A DNA stretch of 20,081 nucleotides. It comes from Candidatus Cloacimonadota bacterium. GTDB lineage: Bacteria > Cloacimonadota > Cloacimonadia > Cloacimonadales > WRIO01. This document shows positions 8,772 through 16,177 of the stretch, one piece after another (the first letter of the stretch is position 1; each line of letters opens with the position of its first letter). Position numbers and translations under genes: made by a program. Below the pieces are notes generated by a model. It was not told the DNA's origin. It searched no databases and saw only the letters and a list, made by a program, of their open reading frames with translations. The DNA lies in NCBI GenBank assembly GCA_028702025.1, contig JAQVPR010000035.1, positions 1 to 20,081 on the forward strand, in the 5' to 3' direction.

Positions 8772-8787
8772 ATAAACAGGAGTTGTT

Positions 8788-10728
8788 ATGGCAGTTATTA
8801 TTACTTTTCCGGATAAAAGCAAAAAGTCTTTTGACAGCGGTGTAACTCCATATCAGATAGCTGAATCTATTAGTCATAATTTAGCTCTCAGATTGGTTGC
8901 TGCTGAAGTAAACGGGAAAATGTGTGATACAGATTATCAAATAAATGAAGATGCAAGCTTACTCTTGCATACTTTTGATTCAGAGAAAGGGAAGGAAGTT
9001 TTTTGGCATAGTTCATCACATTTAATGGCTGAAGCTGTTAAGTTGCTTTTCCCGGAAGTAAAAGTTACAATTGGTCCGGCTATTGAAAACGGATTTTATT
9101 ATGATTTTGACAGGGATGCTTCTTTTACCGATGAAGAACTTTTACTTATCGAAGAAAAGATGATGGAACTTGCTAAAGAGGGAGCAGAATATACACGTAA
9201 AGAAATTAGTCGCAATGAGGCTTTAGCTTTATTTACTAAACAAAATGAAACTTATAAAATTGAAATTCTTAATGAAATCCCCGAAGATCAAACAATTTCA
9301 ATTTATACTCAAGGCGTCTTTACAGATTTATGTCGAGGTCCGCATTTAAAAAATTCTAATAAAATAAAAGCTGTTAAATTACTCAAAACTTCCGGTGCTT
9401 ATTGGCGCGGAGATGAAAAAAATAAGATGCTTAAACGTATCTACGGTATTAGCTTCCCATCTAAAAAAGAGTTAAAAGATTATCTTGAAAGACTTGAAGA
9501 AGCAAAAAAAAGAGACCATAGAAAAATTGGTAAAGATTTAGACTTATATTCAGTCTCAGAAGAAGTTGGAGCAGGCTTGATCTTATGGCATCCACGTGGT
9601 GCGATGATGAGACACATCATTGAATCTTACTGGAAAGAACAACATATTAAATCAGATTATAATCTTGTCTATACTCCTCACATCGGTAAAGCGGATTTAT
9701 GGCATACAAGTGGTCACTTAGGATTTTATAATGAAAGTATGTATGCTCCAATTAGTGTCGATGAACAAGATTATTATATTAAACCTATGAATTGCCCCTT
9801 CCATATAAATATTTATAAATCAGCTAAAAGAAGTTATCGTGAATTACCTATAAAGTATGCTGAACTTGGAACTGTTTATAGATATGAAAGATCCGGTACT
9901 TTACACGGTCTTATGCGTGTAAGAGGTTTTACTCAAGATGATGCACACATTATTTGTACTGAAGAACAAATGATGGAAGAAGTCGAAAAAATTATTGAGT
10001 TCTCCATTAGTATGCTAAAAGATTTTGGTTTTACAGATTTTCAAATATATCTTTCTACTATGCCTGAAAAGTCTGTTGGTGAACCTGAAGACTGGGAAAA
10101 AGCCACTATTGCATTGAAAAATGCCTTAGAAAAATTAAATCTTAATTATGATATTGACGAAGGTGGAGGAGCATTCTACGGTCCAAAGATTGACATCAAA
10201 ATTAAAGATGCTTTAAATAGAGCTTGGCAATGTAGCACTATTCAATTTGATTTCAACTTACCAACAAGATTTAATATGGAATATGTCGGTGCTGATAATC
10301 AAGCACACAAACCTTATATGATTCATAGAGCATTACTTGGTTCGATTGAAAGATTTTTTGGTACCTTAATAGAGTATTACGGTGGGAATTTTCCAACATG
10401 GTTATGCCCTGTTCAAGCTACTATCTTAACGGTTTCAGAGTCAACTATTCATTACGCTGAAAGAGTTAAAAAACGTTTTATTTCTCATGGAATTCGCACT
10501 ACATTAGATAGCCGAGGTGAAAAGATTGGCTACAAGATAAGAGAAGCTGAAATGTCTAAAACTCCATTCATTATTATTATAGGTGAAAAAGAAGAAGATA
10601 CTAATACTCTTTCAATTAGAAGACATACCAAAGGTGACCTTGGCACTCACGATATTGATCAAGTCTTAAACCTTATAAAAGAAAATATTAAATCAGTTAA
10701 TCCTATGGATATAAATTTAGTCTTTTAA
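8788..10728 (+). CDS. thrS: Threonine--tRNA ligase (bacterial type)
   Basis: The protein is 646 aa. It has an N-terminal TGS-like domain, an editing-domain His motif (WHSSSHLMAEA), HRKIGKDLDLY, a class II core (YRYERSGTLHGLMRVRGFTQDDAHI; GGGAFYGPKID) and a C-terminal anticodon-binding domain (PVQATILTVSE...). AGGAG lies 7 nt upstream of the ATG. Confidence 0.97.
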   Translation: MAVIITFPDKSKKSFDSGVTPYQIAESISHNLALRLVAAEVNGKMCDTDYQINEDASLLLHTFDSEKGKEVFWHSSSHLMAEAVKLLFPEVKVTIGPAIENGFYYDFDRDASFTDEELLLIEEKMMELAKEGAEYTRKEISRNEALALFTKQNETYKIEILNEIPEDQTISIYTQGVFTDLCRGPHLKNSNKIKAVKLLKTSGAYWRGDEKNKMLKRIYGISFPSKKELKDYLERLEEAKKRDHRKIGKDLDLYSVSEEVGAGLILWHPRGAMMRHIIESYWKEQHIKSDYNLVYTPHIGKADLWHTSGHLGFYNESMYAPISVDEQDYYIKPMNCPFHINIYKSAKRSYRELPIKYAELGTVYRYERSGTLHGLMRVRGFTQDDAHIICTEEQMMEEVEKIIEFSISMLKDFGFTDFQIYLSTMPEKSVGEPEDWEKATIALKNALEKLNLNYDIDEGGGAFYGPKIDIKIKDALNRAWQCSTIQFDFNLPTRFNMEYVGADNQAHKPYMIHRALLGSIERFFGTLIEYYGGNFPTWLCPVQATILTVSESTIHYAERVKKRFISHGIRTTLDSRGEKIGYKIREAEMSKTPFIIIIGEKEEDTNTLSIRRHTKGDLGTHDIDQVLNLIKENIKSVNPMDINLVF

Positions 10729-10732
10729 AGTA

Positions 10733-10751
10733 AGGAGGCTAAACGCCTCCT
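10733..10751 (+). terminator. Short stem-loop just after the thrS stop; weak terminator or attenuating structure
   Basis: AGGAGGC (10733-10739), loop TAAAC, GCCTCCT (10745-10751). No U-tract follows it (CACTTGTTC), so it is at best a partial terminator or an RNA-stability element. Confidence 0.25.
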
Positions 10752-10769
10752 CACTTGTTCTAAACAAAT

Positions 10770-11735
10770 ATGAATATTATTGATATTATAAAAAAAGAAA
10801 TGCACACCGAAGCTGAAGCAATCAAAATTGCTTCTGAAAAGATTGATGTTTCAATAGAAAAAGCTGTACATTATATTTTACAATGTAAAGGTAAGGTAGT
10901 AACTACAGGAATGGGCAAATCCGGACTTATAGCAAGAAAGATTTCTGCTACTTTTGCCTCTACCGGAACAACCTCAATATTTTTACATCCTGCTGAAGGT
11001 ATTCATGGTGATCTGGGAATGCTTCAAAAAGGAGATGTAGTCCTTGCTTTGTCTCATAGTGGGAATACTCAGGAATTAATCTCAATTATTCCTTATATAA
11101 AGTTTAATAAAATACCTTTAATTTCAATTACCGGCAATGTGACTTCTAATTTAGCAAAGAATTCAGATGTTGTGATTGATTCTTTTGTAGATAAGGAATG
11201 TGAACCCTTTGGATTAGTTCCAACCGCAAGTACAACAGTTCAACTTTCAATTGGAGATGCTTTAGCTGTATCAGTTTTGAAAATGAAAGATTTTAAGGTA
11301 ACAGATTTTGCTCTCTTTCATCCCGGAGGAACTATTGGGAAGAAATTATTACTTAAAGTAGCTGATTTAATGCATACAGGAAAGGCAAATCCCATCGTTA
11401 CTGATAAAGAAAATATGCAGAATGTGATTTTAGAGATGACTTCTAAAGGACTCGGTTGTACGAATGTTATTGATGATGACGGAAAGCTTGTCGGTATTGT
11501 AACTGATGGGGATTTAAGAAGATTTTTGTCCTTGGGTTTAACAGATTTAAATATCAATGTAAAAGATGCAATGACTGTTTCACCTAAAAGAATGACTGCT
11601 GAAACCCTTGCTGTGGAAGCTTTAAATCTAATGGAAGAATGTAAAATTACAATGTTACCGATAATTGATCAAGAAGATAAACCTATTGGCATTTTACATA
11701 TGCACGATTTAATAAAATCAGGTGTTGTTTCTTGA
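10770..11735 (+). CDS. kdsD: KpsF/GutQ-family arabinose-5-phosphate isomerase (SIS domain plus tandem CBS)
   Basis: The SIS domain motif is VVTTGMGKSGLIARKISATFASTGTTSIFLHPAEGIHGDLGM, followed by SHSGNT. The C-terminus has two CBS modules (…VGIVTDGDLRR…, …PIGILHMHDLIK). Length and architecture are as in KdsD. Confidence 0.9.
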   Translation: MNIIDIIKKEMHTEAEAIKIASEKIDVSIEKAVHYILQCKGKVVTTGMGKSGLIARKISATFASTGTTSIFLHPAEGIHGDLGMLQKGDVVLALSHSGNTQELISIIPYIKFNKIPLISITGNVTSNLAKNSDVVIDSFVDKECEPFGLVPTASTTVQLSIGDALAVSVLKMKDFKVTDFALFHPGGTIGKKLLLKVADLMHTGKANPIVTDKENMQNVILEMTSKGLGCTNVIDDDGKLVGIVTDGDLRRFLSLGLTDLNINVKDAMTVSPKRMTAETLAVEALNLMEECKITMLPIIDQEDKPIGILHMHDLIKSGVVS

Positions 11736-11758
11736 GTATGAGTTATTGGAGATAAGAA

Positions 11759-12793
11759 ATGAATAAGATTAATTTTTGTTTGATTGGGTGTGGAAGAATT
11801 TCTTCAAGGCATCTTGATGCCCTTAAATTGATTGATTCCGCTAATGTTTTAGCCTGTTGTGATATAGTTACTGAATTAGCCGAAGATACTGCTAAAAAGT
11901 ATAATATAAAGAATTTCTATACAAATTATAAAGAGATGCTGGAAATTGAACAGCCCAACGCAGTAATAATCTGTACTCCAAGCGGATTACACTCGGAAAT
12001 GGGTATATTCGCTGCAGAACATCATATAAATGTAATAACTGAAAAACCTGTTAGTATAAGCTTAAAACAAGCTGATTCTTTGATTAAAGCCTGTGATAAT
12101 AATAAAGTAAAGTTATTCGTTGTTAAACAAAATAGGCTTAATCAACCGATTCAATTACTTAAAAATGCTATAGATAAGGGAAGATTCGGAAAGATATTCA
12201 GTGTGAATTCTACTGTTAGATGGACAAGACCTCAGTCTTATTATGATTTATCAAAATGGAGAGGCACTTGGGAGTTTGATGGAGGTGCTTTTCTAAATCA
12301 GGCTTCACACTACTTTGACCTTTTATATTGGCTAATTGGACCGGTTGATTATGTTATGGCTACTACTGCAACTCTAAATCATAATATTGAAGTTGAAGAT
12401 TTAGGTGCAGGCATAATAAGATTTCGTAACGGAGTGATTGGTGTTATCGAAGTGACTATGAATATATTCCCAAGAAATCTTGAAGGATCTATAACTGTAA
12501 TGGGTGAGTATGGTACTGCTAAGATTGGTGGGATTGCTGTGAATAAAGTAGAACACTGGGAATTTAAAGATTATGATGATGATGATAGATTTATTGATAA
12601 TTTAAATACAAAGCCTCTCGATGTATATGGTTATGGGCATTTAGGCTTTTTAAGTAATGTCGTTGAGGTATTATTAGGTAAAGCAGAACCTAAAACTGAT
12701 GGAAGAGATGGACGAAAATCTCTTGAAATAATACTTGCAATGTATGAATCTGCTAAGATTGGCAAGAGAGTTTCTTTGCCGTTTAACCCTTAA
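11759..12793 (+). CDS. Gfo/Idh/MocA family NAD(P)-dependent oxidoreductase
   Basis: An N-terminal Rossmann motif is present (INFCLIGCGRISSRH), along with the family EKP motif (VITEKPVSISLKQA) and a C-terminal alpha/beta dimerisation-type domain. The substrate is not inferable. Confidence 0.85.
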   Translation: MNKINFCLIGCGRISSRHLDALKLIDSANVLACCDIVTELAEDTAKKYNIKNFYTNYKEMLEIEQPNAVIICTPSGLHSEMGIFAAEHHINVITEKPVSISLKQADSLIKACDNNKVKLFVVKQNRLNQPIQLLKNAIDKGRFGKIFSVNSTVRWTRPQSYYDLSKWRGTWEFDGGAFLNQASHYFDLLYWLIGPVDYVMATTATLNHNIEVEDLGAGIIRFRNGVIGVIEVTMNIFPRNLEGSITVMGEYGTAKIGGIAVNKVEHWEFKDYDDDDRFIDNLNTKPLDVYGYGHLGFLSNVVEVLLGKAEPKTDGRDGRKSLEIILAMYESAKIGKRVSLPFNP

Positions 12794-12815
12794 TTTATTA
12801 TTAGAAAGGTAGTAT

Positions 12816-13703
12816 ATGTTACGTAATTATTTTGATACAAGAACTAAATTATTAGACGAAGCTTTGAAAAATTACTTAAACTATGATAAAGAGCAACCGG
12901 CTCAATTATATCAAGCTATGAAATACTCGATGTTTAGTGGGGGGAAAAGACTTAGACCTATATTGTTTTTTGCAACTTATGAAATGCTAATGCAAAAAGA
13001 TGATATTGAACTCATAAAACCATTTTTATCTGTTGGGTGTGCATTAGAGATGGTTCATAGTGCATCATTAATTCATGATGATTTGCCTTCTTTGGATAAT
13101 TCAAATGAACGACGTGGGTTACCAAGTTGTCATAAAAAATTTAATCCGGCTATAGCAATTCTTGCCGGTGATGCTCTTTTAACTAAAGCCTTTGAAATGA
13201 TGACTTTAGTAGAAGATAAAGAATTAGCAGTACATTTGGTATCAATACTTTGTAATGCTGTTTCAACACGAGGTATGTTAGGTGGACAAACTGTTGATGT
13301 TCTTTCCGCAGATAAGCAAGTATTACAGATAAATGTTTTAAAATATGTTCATTCAAAGAAAACAGGAGCTTTACTTGAAGCAGCAGTCAAGTGTGCTTGT
13401 GCATGTGCTTTTGTTGACCCTTCAGTTACGAACACCTTATCAACTTATGCGATGAATTTAGGCTTAGCATATCAAATAATTGATGATATCTTAGATGATG
13501 TTGGTGATTTTGAAACTTTAGGGAAAGAACCTTTTGAGGATGTTAAAAATCATAAGAAGACTTATCCTACTATTTTAGGGCTTGATAAAGCAAGAAAACT
13601 TGCAGATAAGTTATTAGAGGATTCATATAAACTTGTTAAAAATATGAAGAATAATGGAGTATTAGTAGAATTTGTTACAATGATAAAGGATAGGTTGCCA
13701 TAA
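12816..13703 (+). CDS. Short-chain trans-polyprenyl diphosphate synthase, probably geranylgeranyl-diphosphate synthase
   Basis: GGKRLRP is present. The first Asp-rich motif has the bacterial 2-residue insertion, DDLPSLDNSNERRG. It is followed by AILAGDAL, KTGAL, and the second Asp-rich motif IIDDILDD. A small residue (Ala83) sits at position -5 before the first motif, where FPP synthases have an aromatic residue. Confidence 0.9.
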   Translation: MLRNYFDTRTKLLDEALKNYLNYDKEQPAQLYQAMKYSMFSGGKRLRPILFFATYEMLMQKDDIELIKPFLSVGCALEMVHSASLIHDDLPSLDNSNERRGLPSCHKKFNPAIAILAGDALLTKAFEMMTLVEDKELAVHLVSILCNAVSTRGMLGGQTVDVLSADKQVLQINVLKYVHSKKTGALLEAAVKCACACAFVDPSVTNTLSTYAMNLGLAYQIIDDILDDVGDFETLGKEPFEDVKNHKKTYPTILGLDKARKLADKLLEDSYKLVKNMKNNGVLVEFVTMIKDRLP

Positions 13704-13704
13704 T

Positions 13705-14580
13705 TTGATAAATCTTTTCAAATTTATTAAAGCCGGAATAAAAATAATAAGATTGTATAATTGTTTATTTGTTTTATTTACTGTATTCTTAGGTGCTTTT
13801 TTTTTAAGTTTTGATACGAGTATGTCAATTTTATCTAAAATTCTTTTTGTAGGTGTATCAGCTTTTTTTATTGCTGCAGGGGGATATGTTATTAATGATG
13901 TTTATGATTATGAGATTGATAAGATAAATAAACCTAATAGAGTTTTACCGAGTAGAAAAATGAAGCTTAATACAGCTTATGTTTTTAGTATTTGTTTGTT
14001 TTTGATAGGTATAGTCTTTGCTATATTAACATATAATATATGGTGTATATTGATAGCATTGATAAATAGTATTTTACTTTATAATTATGCTAAACATTTT
14101 AAAAAGATTTTTTTAATCGGTAATCTTGTTGTAGCATGGAATGCGTCGTCAACGTTTATATTTGGAGCTTTAATAACCTTAAATCTCAAGAATATAATTT
14201 CTTTAGTATTGATTTCATTTTTTTATACTTTATTGCGAGAATTTATTAAGTGCATTGAGGATTACGAGGGAGATAAAGCAGATTCAGCAAAGACAATAAC
14301 TGTTCTATTAGGTTTGAGAAAGACATTATATTTAAGTTATATTCCTGCAATGATAACAGTGTTATCATTTAATCTTATGTATATTTTAAATCAAATTAGT
14401 ATTGAGCTTTTTTATATATTGAATATAATTATTGTTATACCGTTTATTGTATTTTATTATATTATGCATAAATCATTACATAGAGTAATTGTTGCAAATG
14501 TTCAGAAATATATGAAACTTAATATGTTGAGTGTTGTATTATTATATGTAGTATATGATTTTTTTAAAGTTCGAATATAA
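13705..14580 (+). CDS. UbiA-family membrane prenyltransferase, digeranylgeranylglyceryl-phosphate synthase (DGGGPS)-like
   Basis: The first Asp-rich motif, NDVYDYEIDKINKPNRVLPS, matches the ND-x-x-D-x-E-I-D-x-I-N-x-P-x-R-P-x-P-S pattern of archaeal DGGGPS and chlorophyll synthases. The second motif is IEDYEGDKADSAKTITV. About 8 TM segments are predicted. The start is TTG, 1 nt after the upstream stop. The conserved first helix (IRLYNCLFVLFTVFLGAF) lies upstream of the first in-frame ATG, which supports the TTG start. Confidence 0.8.
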   Translation: MINLFKFIKAGIKIIRLYNCLFVLFTVFLGAFFLSFDTSMSILSKILFVGVSAFFIAAGGYVINDVYDYEIDKINKPNRVLPSRKMKLNTAYVFSICLFLIGIVFAILTYNIWCILIALINSILLYNYAKHFKKIFLIGNLVVAWNASSTFIFGALITLNLKNIISLVLISFFYTLLREFIKCIEDYEGDKADSAKTITVLLGLRKTLYLSYIPAMITVLSFNLMYILNQISIELFYILNIIIVIPFIVFYYIMHKSLHRVIVANVQKYMKLNMLSVVLLYVVYDFFKVRI

Positions 14581-14603
14581 ATATTAGAAAGTATTGAGGA
14601 AAA

Positions 14604-15377
14604 ATGAAGAATAAAACCTATAAATATTTATTAGAATCCATAAAGGATAATCCGTCATATTTTTGTCTAATTGATCCTGATAAAGTAGAAGTCAATCAAG
14701 CACAAGAATTAGCTTGTTTATATGAAGAAAATGGTGCTGATTGTATTTTGATTGGTGGAAGTATGATGCTTAATGACAGGTTTTGTGAAGCAATAAAAGA
14801 GATTAAGATAAAATGTACAATACCTGTGATAATTTTCCCGGGAATATTTAATTTTGTTTCGCCTGATGCAGATGCTTTATTGTTATTAAATATGGTTAGT
14901 AGTAGAAATCCTCAGGTATTAATTAATGAGCAAGTTAGATCTGCACCTTTAATCTATAAATCTAAGTTAGAGACAATACCGACGGCTTATATGTTGATAG
15001 AATCCGGATGTATGTCTTCAGTTCAGTATATGAGTCATAGTTTGCCAATACCGAGAAAGAAAGCTGATATAGCTATAGTGCATGCTTTAGCTGCTCAGTA
15101 TCTTGTGATGAAGATTGTCTATTTGGAAGCAGGGAGTGGTGCAGAAAAGCAAGTTCCGAGTGAAATGATAATGAAAGTTCGAGAGCATATAGATATTCCG
15201 ATTATAGTGGGTGGAGGAATAAGGAAACCGGAATGTGCTGAAGAAAAAGCAAGAGCCGGTGCTGACTTTATAGTAACAGGTACTGTTTTGGAAGATTTAA
15301 AAAATCCTTGTTTAGTAAAAGAGTTTGCTCAAGCAGTACATAATGTAAAAAGGAATACAGATGATAGATATTCATAA
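14604..15377 (+). CDS. Geranylgeranylglyceryl-phosphate synthase (GGGPS/PcrB family TIM barrel)
   Basis: It aligns by eye with B. subtilis PcrB and archaeal GGGPS motifs: LIDPDK (vs KLDPNK), ILIGGS, YLEAGSGA (vs YLEYSG), IVGGGIR (vs YGGGIK) and ADFIVTGTVLED. At 257 aa it fits the longer 'group II' GGGPS type rather than the roughly 230-aa PcrB type. Confidence 0.9.
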   Translation: MKNKTYKYLLESIKDNPSYFCLIDPDKVEVNQAQELACLYEENGADCILIGGSMMLNDRFCEAIKEIKIKCTIPVIIFPGIFNFVSPDADALLLLNMVSSRNPQVLINEQVRSAPLIYKSKLETIPTAYMLIESGCMSSVQYMSHSLPIPRKKADIAIVHALAAQYLVMKIVYLEAGSGAEKQVPSEMIMKVREHIDIPIIVGGGIRKPECAEEKARAGADFIVTGTVLEDLKNPCLVKEFAQAVHNVKRNTDDRYS

Positions 15378-16143
15378 TCACATTTTACCGGGTATAGATG
15401 ATGGTTCTAGTGATGTTGAAACAACATATTCTTATTTAGATTTAATTGCTGAAGCAAAAATGAAAGCTGTAGTTTTTACACCACATTATATGAGAGGGTT
15501 TTATGATAATACTAAAGATGTAGTCTTAAAAAGTTTTAGATATGTTGAGGATTATGTCAAAGAAAAAGGGTATAATTATAATATTTATTGTTCTGCAGAG
15601 GTTTATCTGATGGGGGAGGAAGCGGTTAAGGATATACAGACTAATGCTTTTATGATAAATGGGACTCGTTATGTATTAGTGGAAAACAGTTTGACAGGTT
15701 TTTCAGATGATTTATTTGAAAATTTATATAAGATGACTAAATTGGGTTTGAAGCCGATATTAGCTCATCCGGAAAGATATATTGAGATACAAAGAAATCC
15801 TTCAATGGCTGAAGATTTTATGCATCGAGATGTTTATTTACAAATTAATAGCGGAAGTATTTTGGGTAGTTATGGAGAAAAAGTTAAGAATGTTGCTTTT
15901 GAGCTTATAGATAGAGGTTTTGCTCATTTCTTGGGTTCGGATTGTCATTGTCATTCCGGGGTTTATGATTACCCTCAGGCGGTGGAAGCATTAAGGCAAG
16001 AGTTTGATGAAGATACAGCAGAAGTTCTTTCTGAAGATCATCCTGAACGAATGTTGAACAATGAAAATATCCCGTATTTTTATGTTTTTCATCAACCCAA
16101 ACCACCTAAAAAGAACTTTATACAAAAGTTGTTTGGCTTATGA
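15361..16143 (+). CDS. PHP-domain metal-dependent phosphatase, CpsB/CapC/YwqE-like
   Basis: The N-terminus MIDIHNHILPGIDDGS is the hallmark of the CpsB/YwqE family. Later HPERY and GSDCH metal-ligand motifs are also present. The gene overlaps the 3' end of the GGGPS gene by 17 nt. Confidence 0.85.
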   Translation: MIDIHNHILPGIDDGSSDVETTYSYLDLIAEAKMKAVVFTPHYMRGFYDNTKDVVLKSFRYVEDYVKEKGYNYNIYCSAEVYLMGEEAVKDIQTNAFMINGTRYVLVENSLTGFSDDLFENLYKMTKLGLKPILAHPERYIEIQRNPSMAEDFMHRDVYLQINSGSILGSYGEKVKNVAFELIDRGFAHFLGSDCHCHSGVYDYPQAVEALRQEFDEDTAEVLSEDHPERMLNNENIPYFYVFHQPKPPKKNFIQKLFGL

Positions 16144-16177
16144 TAGGGGTTTGTGAAATTTATTTAAGGAAATTTTT

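Noticed and set aside
8772-8787. T-box or operator-type leader controlling thrS.
   Set aside because: Only 16 nt separate the upstream stop from the thrS ATG. That is far too short for a T-box (about 200+ nt) or an E. coli-type operator.
12816-13703. Calling the prenyl synthase housekeeping IspA (FPP synthase).
   Set aside because: The residue at -5 before the first Asp-rich motif is Ala rather than an aromatic, and the gene is contiguous with GGGPS and DGGGPS-like genes. GGPP synthase is the better-supported call, though an assay is needed.
15361-16143. Interpreting the CpsB-like phosphatase as evidence of a capsule/EPS BY-kinase locus.
   Set aside because: The window contains no Wzz/CpsC, no CpsD-type kinase, no Wzx/Wzy and no initiating sugar transferase. 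The gene is physically coupled to GGGPS instead, so the capsule interpretation is not supported here.
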